A DNA stretch of 43,219 bases. Origin: Octopus bimaculoides. Taxonomy: Eukaryota. How positions within the stretch are numbered: the first letter of the stretch is position 1; each line of letters opens with the position of its first letter. Location of the stretch: NCBI RefSeq assembly GCF_001194135.2, contig NC_068990.1:33803776-33846994 (forward strand), given 5' to 3'. Below the pieces are notes generated by a model, which was not told the DNA's origin, did no database searches, and worked only from the letters and a program-made list of their open reading frames with translations. The translations under genes and the position numbers were made by a program. Positions 35,194-43,219 of the stretch are shown piece after piece.

Positions 35194-38100
35194 GTTACAA
35201 TCCTTTTTTTTTTTTGTTAGAGATAATCAAATCAAATGTTCATCATTTCAAGCCACTCACCAAATGAGTATTTCTGCCAAATGTAGTGGAAATCTATCTG
35301 TTCAGCCGTTTTCCAGTAATTTTGCAAACACACAGACAGGTGATTACAATATTTTGCTTTCACTTACACGTGCAGGGTAAATATATTGAAGCATTTAATA
35401 AAACGTGGTGGTTTTGTTTCTAGTCTCCAATATTATGAACAACAGGTTTCATCCCACCACTCTGTCCCCATAAAAAAATCATTTTAGTTATGAGTTATTT
35501 GTAACATACAGTCTCAACGATATGTTTGACTCATGGACGTGAATAAAACCAGACATTTAACTAATATTAATTAAGCTAAAACAGAATCCAAGGAAACTAG
35601 TAGTGATTTGCATCAGTAAAACTTGTATTATTTGGAAAAAGTGACAGAAAGTAGTTATGAAATTGCACTGTACTCCTGTTTCTTTTTCCAAGTAATATTA
35701 ATTAAGCTCTCTCTTTCCAAAATGCTATTAAATTATTCAATACCATTCATTCTTTTTCGACATTTGTCACTATAAATTTCCTATATTCTTATTAAGTGAT
35801 GTATTAGTTTTACATGCATGGATAAGATAAATCTGTAAATTTTCAAAATTCATTTATAATTGAAGAACATATCTTTGAAACTGAACTCATTCTTATTGCT
35901 TTACAAACAGAATTTATTAGTCAGCTAATCTAAATATACAGATTTAAATGTTCTACTGACAACACAACACATTACTTCTATGAATAACTGAACTCAGGAT
36001 TACTGAAATGTGCTTCAAATCTAAAACTTACAAACTCTTAAATCAATTAAATGGCTAGGTCTAAAAACTGTCATTAATTACCTTTTTCCTTCTTGCCAAA
36101 ATTAAGACATGCTATTGATGGTGATAGTGGTGGAATCATCATTATCCTTATATAAGTGTTATATCAAACTCTCTTATGTTTTAATTGTTTTAATTAATCT
36201 ACTCTCAGCTATGTCTTCTTTCTCTAGTTTTTATTATAACATTAATCTCAAAATAATCGGTTTTTCCTTCATCTATTTCATCTCACTTTCCCTCACAAAG
36301 TGTTTGCAAAATCTGTTTCCATTGAAGTTAATACATATAATAGCCACCAATCTTCTTAACTTACTGTACGCTACTTTGCACACATTAGTCTTGAAATTAT
36401 TTTCAATAATTCTACTTTACTTCAGATTTATCATTTGGACCATTTGACTCAAAGTTATATAACATCTAAAGGCAACATATTCCACCATGGGACAATATGG
36501 TCAATGAAAAAATGATAATTTCTAATAAATTGCTGTAATTTCAAATTATCCTCTTAATTATAGTTCTAACAACAACTCTAACTAAAATTAAGTCAATTTG
36601 TTGTTTCAGGTCTTTGACTTCCATTGCACATACTTTTGTGATTATATTGACTTCCTTTACAACAGTTTCAGCAGCTTCATCATTTATATCTACAATCTTA
36701 TTTCTTTCAGCAAGCTACATAATATGCTGCTTATCATCCCACCAAACACAGAATAGCAAAAGCTACTTTAGTGTTGAGTGTTTTGTAAAAGGCATGCAAC
36801 AGTGAAACACATCAGAAATTTCATGAAGACTAAAACACATCAACAATATATTTTTTTCACAAATATATTTTTAAAACCAACCAACCATCCAGCCAGCCAA
36901 CCCAAGCTAGCATTAAAGATGGAGAGAAAATTCTCCAAACAATTCTAACAAGTGTCAAGCCAATTAAGAAACAGATAATATATATGTTCTTCATATGAAC
37001 ATAAAATATAACTCCACATGTAGAAAAGAACAAAGAAGATATTTCAAGATGAAGATTTAGGGTAATAATGCTAGTTTCAATGTAGAACAAGATCTAAGAA
37101 AAGGTTTAAAAGAGGGAGGTTTTTATAAGCTACTCCTGTTGCTTTGACATTAACAAGTATAAGCAATTACAGGAAAATGATACAGGAATGCTTCATTATA
37201 AAATAGATCTTAGAGTCTCTCATGATAGAAAGAATCTAAAATAAATATTCCTTTCCTTTTAGACAAATGCTATTTATTTGTATTTCATAACAGTTTCTGA
37301 CATTTACTGTTCCAGCTACCAAAACAAATCTTAGCTCCTCGCCACCACTACCACCACAACCACCCATCATTCGAAAGAGAATAAACAAAAACAAATCCTT
37401 CTGCCTTACACCTTAGAAGCCAATCAATATTTTGCAAGGTAGATGAAAGTTATTTCCTTCTACTGGTAAAGAAGAAAAAGATCTTAAGTAAACACAGTAT
37501 TTAAGGTTAGTTAAAGAGGTTTCTCCTTTGGCCAAACAGAGAATGTGTGGCATGAAAGTAGGTTTGATGCAGATTTAGCGTAACAAATATATGGTAGCTC
37601 CCTGAAGGCTGTCTAATCAATAGACTGGAGAGATGTCAGTTAATGAGGATTGCTAAAGGTTTGTTCATCACTATGTTTAACCAGAACAGATTGAAGTAAT
37701 TACAGAACAAACTGATTTTATATGAATAAATTTAATGTGTTCTTAATTACCCAATTAGGAGAATCTTGGAGGAGTAGATGTGATAATCATAGCTGAAACT
37801 GAATATAAAAGCAATGTCATCTCCAATTAGAGGGATAACACTTTAAAGTGATAAGAAAGATATAATTCAACATTGCCATATCTTAAGAGTTCCTATTTCT
37901 TCCATCAATTCACAGAACTAAATAAGGGACACTCTACTTGGTTGCTCAACTTGTGACAAATAGCAACCATATCTCTGCCATATCACACCATACTGTCTTG
38001 AAGAAGGGGACAATACACTTCTTAGTGTTATCCTATATAGTCTATGCCACCTAAAAAGGTTCGAGTATCTTTGATCATAGGTTTGTTCAATGAATGGCTA

Positions 38101-38491
38101 AACAACAACAACAACAACATTAGCAACAGCAACAACAACAACTAAATTTGGTATATTGAGTTTGAGGCTTTATGCTAAGATTTCTCAGTTTGAATAACAT
38201 CAAAGTTGACATTCATCTCTCTAGCAGTTAATAAACCTAACACCGATAACAGATGGAGTCGGCAATTCACTAAACGCTATTATAAAGCAATGATGAAATT
38301 CAGGAAAGTGGAGAGGAGGGTTCTATGTTGAAGGTGCTATCAATCCCAACCACTGAGCTGTTATTATATATTTTAATCAGCAAAAGCCTTTCTTGAATGC
38401 TGGTTGGCTAGATTTCATGAGTTAACAACGGAGCCTACATGTGACCACTTGACTTGCATGTAATGTCAGCCAAACTTCCAGCAAGTCCTTC

Positions 38492-38870
38492 TCTTTTATC
38501 TTTTGCCTTCTACTTGTTTCAGTCATTTAGACTGTGGCCATACTGGGGCACCACTTTGAAAAAATTTTAGTCAAACTGAGCAACCCCAGATCTCTTGTTT
38601 TTATGTCTGGCACTTATTCTATCGAACCCCTTTTGCCAAACTGCTAAGTTATAGGGATGTATACACACCAACACTGGATGTCAAGAAGTGGGGAGGCAAA
38701 CACAGACACAAGAACACACACACAAAAGGGGCTTCATTCAGTTTTTTTCTACAAAACCCACTCACAAGGATTTGGTCAACCCAAGGCTACTGAAGAAAAC
38801 ACTTGCCCAAGGTGCTACATATTGGGACTGAACCTGGAACCATGTTGTTGGAAAGCAAACTTCTTAAGGA
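38492..38870 (-). mobile_element. SINE family C, near full-length
   Basis: Reverse complement of head (ttaagaagtttgctttccaac..ggttccaggttcagtccc), CORE-like caccttgggcaagtg and tail. Further partial copies at about 39690-39810 (-) and 40690-40860 (+). Confidence 0.8.
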
Positions 38871-41071
38871 ACATCACTGGAATAATGAAAAGTCAATACT
38901 GTTAACTCCACAAATTAAAACTTCATGAAGACAAGATATGTAGAACTCTGAATATGTAGGTTATGGTCACGAGAACTTATGTGCCATAAGTCTGCCAAAG
39001 CAGGGATAGCTAGAGGGCTATCTATCAAGAAGCAGATTCCAAATCTATAAATGCAACAGACTACACTAAAACAGAAATGTAAAAAATAAAAATTAAAGAG
39101 TTGAAAGATCAAGTGAAGATAAAATATGCACATCATAAATTGGTTTGAGATAAGGTGGAATGAAAGAAAAAAATTAAGACGGAAAAATGACAAATTTTGA
39201 GATGAATAAGTTAGGAATGAGAAAGAATTCTTTGACATCAATGTCTTTCTGTTCAATATGCAAAAAGAAAAACAACTGAAATTTTTCTTTATCTTAATGA
39301 GAAAAAATCATTTCTATATAAATATTTTATAGTAGAAGTTATACAGTTATACATATTTAGAAACTTCAAGAAACTGTCATGGGATTTAATCAAAATATAC
39401 ACTCTTAAAGTAAAAGTAATATCACACTTGTTTTTATATGATAAAAATAAATTAAATTTCTGCACTTATAACAGAACTGATTTGGAACAAATAACAACCT
39501 ACTGGTATCTGTGCAATGATAATCATTATGATATTGTCCCTCCTACAACTATTCCATTTAGTCTGATCACCATCACCATCTTATGTCTACTTTCACTGCT
39601 GCCATAGATTGGACGGGTCATCATAGTTGAGTCAGTTTTTATTCATAGTTACTGCTCTCCTAAATGGGTTGGATGATCATGTCTCATTTGTAAATCCACT
39701 CGAAAAGTTTTGGTTGGTCTGGGGCTATAGTGGATGACTCTTATCGAAGGTGTTATACAGTGAGACTGAATCCAAAATCATGTGGTTAGGAAACTAACTT
39801 CTTACCACACATCTGTCTATCTACAGATCTATCTATCTATCTATAAACAGATAAATAGATAGATAGATAGATAGACAAGAAGAGAGAGAGATAGAGAGAA
39901 AAAGAGAGTGAGACAGAAAGAGAGAGAGAGAGAGATGTTCTAGTGTATATTTATATAAGCTATCTATAAGATTACCTTTATATTGATATCACTTTAAAAA
40001 ATGTCTTTTTTATGTCCTGTAAGTTAGAAGCTCAACAGAAAGAGACATTAAGAGAACTACCAGACTTAAAATTAAATACTAAGATTGATCTGATTGACTA
40101 AAATCAGTCGCCACAGTACTTATATAGATCCACAGCGTGTGTGTATATATTTTATGCATACACACATAAATACTCCCCCCCCCCCACACACACACAAGTA
40201 CACACACTGATACAATACATTTTCACAGGCACTTACCAAATCATCTTAAGAAAACTGAACAGAAAAAGTAAGTAATGCGTTGTTGGATGACAGTCAGAAG
40301 ATGAATGCAAAAGGACAATATTGATGGAACTTCTGTTGAAGTATTTACAAAATATGATATTGTCTCTACACTACCACCAAATCTTTATTTTTTATATCTG
40401 TTTTTGCTGCAGAGCAAAAGCTAATTCATAAATGATATTAAGCAGCAGCAGCAGTAGTAGTAGTAATAATAGTAGTATGGGGGGGGGGGCATGCTCTGTA
40501 ACAGCATGTTGCTACTTCTACCATTTGTTTCTCTACTCTTGGCAGATAATACCATTGTACCACTCAAACAACAAGCCTCTAACTCCATGGGTCTGTCCGA
40601 GTAGTTGTTGCTGTTGAAGGTTTCCTGAGGTGAGAGGACAAATCCTACCTCAATCTCTTTTAGTCACCTTTTAAAAAACGCAGAGGAAATACTGTGGCTG
40701 TTCTTTGACATGCTGGTTAGATATTCCAACCACAGGGTTTCAGGTTCAATGCTACCACATTGCACCTTGGACAGATGCCTTCTACTACAATTCAGGTAGC
40801 CTAAAACCTTGTGAGCAGATTTGGTAGATGGAAACAGAAAGAGCCCATCATATACTGTATGTGTGTGTGTGTGTAATACAAAATTTAATAAAGTATTATT
40901 ACCATTATTAAAAATAACAATAATAATTAACTAGCCAGCAAGTTTAACCTATATAGGTAAAATATACAAATAAATAAAGGTGGGTAGTTGATAGCTTCTG
41001 CTACCTAGGTGACCAAGCCTGTAGTGGGGGGTGGATGCTCGGAGAGCATTACCACTAGAATAAGAATAGCC

Positions 41072-42042
41072 TGGTGACAAAAGGCCTCTCGCACAGAGTG
41101 AAAGGTAGATTGTATGATGCTTGTGTGCAAACAGCCATGCTACACGGCAGTGAAACATGGGCCACGACTGCTGAAGACATGTGTAAGCTTGAAAGAAATG
41201 AAGCTAGTATGATCTGCTGGATGTGTAGTGTCAGTGTGCACACACAACAGAATGTAAGCACCCTGAGAGAAATGTTGGACATAAGCAGCATCAGATGTGG
41301 CGTGCAAGAGAGACAACTGCACTGGTATGGTCATGTGCTGCATATGGATGAGAAAGCTGTGTGAAGAAGTGTCACTCCCTAACAGTGGAAGGAACCTATG
41401 GATGAGGGAGACCCAGGAAGACATAGGATGAGGTGGTGAAGCATGACCTTCAAATGTTGGGCCTCACAGAAGCAATGACAAAAGACGGAGACCTCTGGAG
41501 ATATGCTGTGATTGGAAAGACTCAGCAAGTAAAGTGAGATAACAGCCATAGCCTATACCAGTGTCACATAACCAGCCCATTTAAAAAGTACCTTTGAATT
41601 GTCGGGCGACACGCTGTGCTTGAGGAGACCTACTGAGTCAACTAAAATCAAAAATCAAATCACGATCAAAAATGGAAATTAAAGTTGTGGCTGATGTCAG
41701 TGCTGCCTGACTGGCTCTCATGCTGGTTGCATGCAATAAGCACCATTCATGTGTGGGTCGTTGCCAGTGCCACCTGACTGGCTCCCCGTGCTGATAGCAT
41801 ATAAAAAGCATTATCCGAACATGGTTGATGCCAGTGCCGCCTGACTGACTCCCATGCCGGTGGTATGTAAAAAGCATCCACTATACTCTCAGAGTGGTTG
41901 GTGTTAGGAAGGGCATCCAGCAGTAGAAACATGGCCAGATCAGACTGGAGTCTGGTGCAGCCTCCTGACTTGCCAGTCCCCAGTTAAACTGTCCAACCTA
42001 TGTAAGCATAGAAAACGGACGTTGAACGATGATGATGATGAT
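41072..42042 (+). mobile_element. RTE-clade LINE 3' end (ORF C-terminus, 3' UTR, (GAT)n tail)
   Basis: GLSHRVKGRLYDACVQTAMLHGSETW...KLERNEASMICWMC...LHWYGHVLHM, then CVKKCHSLTVEGT..GRPRKT...DLWRYAV, a 3' UTR with three 67-bp units, and a gatgatgatgat tail. Confidence 0.93.
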
Positions 42043-42340
42043 ATATACATATATATATATTATAATGTTAGGGAATTACAAAATCCGAACTTACAAGGAA
42101 ATACAATTTGATAATATCAAATTGAGTTGTATATTGAAAAATATTTTAATAATTTAGAGAAGAACCACAATGTTGCAACTCGTACGATGATGGAGATCAG
42201 ACACCATCAAGAAAAGTGTACTATACAAAACTAGTTTAAAAATCTAAAAAATGCGAGGGAGAATTTATAATACATAAAATCTATGAAATATTGGATTAAA
42301 AATTAAAATTGGTAACGTTTAAGAAACGAAAGTGGGAGAA

Positions 42341-42434
42341 AGACTACTCGCGTTTCATGGGAAATATCTGGTCAATCTACAATGAATTGAACAAGATAGA
42401 TACCATCCAATATGAGGACACTCTTCAGGGCCAG
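42341..42434 (-). ncRNA. Hammerhead-ribozyme-like motif with intact core and long stem II, in a Penelope-type 3' terminus running to (TA)n near 42060
   Basis: Minus strand: CUGGCC-CUGAAGA-GUG...(irregular ~65-nt stem II with GUAUCU/AGAUAU and UCAAU/AUUGA pairings)...CAU-GAAA-C-GCGA-GUA-GUCU. Core nucleotides are intact; stem I is imperfect. Confidence 0.6.
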
Positions 42435-42491
42435 TAACTTCAAAAAACGTATCTTAAATTTAAAAATGCATAAAATAAGAAAAGTATAAAA

Positions 42492-42874
42492 NNNNNNNNN
42501 NNNNNNNNNNNNNNNNNNNNNNNNNNNNNNNNNNNNNNNNNNNNNNNNNNNNNNNNNNNNNNNNNNNNNNNNNNNNNNNNNNNNNNNNNNNNNNNNNNNN
42601 NNNNNNNNNNNNNNNNNNNNNNNNNNNNNNNNNNNNNNNNNNNNNNNNNNNNNNNNNNNNNNNNNNNNNNNNNNNNNNNNNNNNNNNNNNNNNNNNNNNN
42701 NNNNNNNNNNNNNNNNNNNNNNNNNNNNNNNNNNNNNNNNNNNNNNNNNNNNNNNNNNNNNNNNNNNNNNNNNNNNNNNNNNNNNNNNNNNNNNNNNNNN
42801 NNNNNNNNNNNNNNNNNNNNNNNNNNNNNNNNNNNNNNNNNNNNNNNNNNNNNNNNNNNNNNNNNNNNNNNNNN
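42492..42874. other. Assembly gap (largest of five N-runs)
   Basis: Run of N. ORFs spanning the X stretches are artefacts. Confidence 0.99.
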
Positions 42875-43219
42875 GGACAGACAAGGGGGAACATATAGAT
42901 CGTTGAGCCTTTTTACAGATGATTTAACGAATGATTTTAACATGAGAATAATATATTATAATGTGATGATGTTATTGTTTTAAAAATTGGATTACTTTTG
43001 GGTTGGGGGGTGTATATGGGTATGTCTATGAAGGACATTTTCTTTTTTTTCCTTTCTGTGTTCAGGGGCTTGGGTATTTTAGCTCGAATTGCTTTCGGGG
43101 AATCAACTTTTTTTTGTCTCTTCCTAGAGCACACTTTATACTCGTCTGTAGTCACACTTTTTTCTTCTTCACTATCCGTAATGTACTCCTCTCTTACGTG
43201 TGTTACCTCTTGGTGGGAT

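Overview
AT-rich eukaryotic genomic DNA, dense in microsatellites and transposable elements, with five N-gaps (5484-5674, 26295-26360, 31357-31613, 32367-32376, 42492-42874). The SINE and RTE families look like those I recall from octopus genomes; this is inference. The only host coding sequence I can support is one 130-bp minus-strand exon (10352-10481) of a cytosolic carboxypeptidase of the AGBL4/CCP6 type (QERRLDLVTIT...RVHPGETPSSFVCQG). I did not find its neighbouring exons, so most or all of the window is probably its two flanking introns. The rest is a TE graveyard: a decayed mariner, an internally deleted mariner, an internally deleted maT-type element, piggyBac-type MITEs, RTE, Jockey/CR1-like and R4/Dong-like LINE fragments, a Penelope GIY-YIG remnant and about 30 SINE copies, some in head-to-tail arrays. 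The most interesting unexplained layer is a set of hammerhead-ribozyme-like motifs (668-715, 19143-19182, 42341-42434, plus half-motifs at 18421-18634). They sit in Penelope-type terminal repeats that end at (TA)n/(CA)n microsatellites, some joined to long fold-back hairpins. The three full motifs are all on the same strand as the host pre-mRNA. Penelope hammerheads are known as a class, so any novelty lies in these particular families and their effect on the host transcript. Almost all ORFs in the supplied track are spurious or TE remnants. All analysis was by eye; repeat boundaries are approximate.
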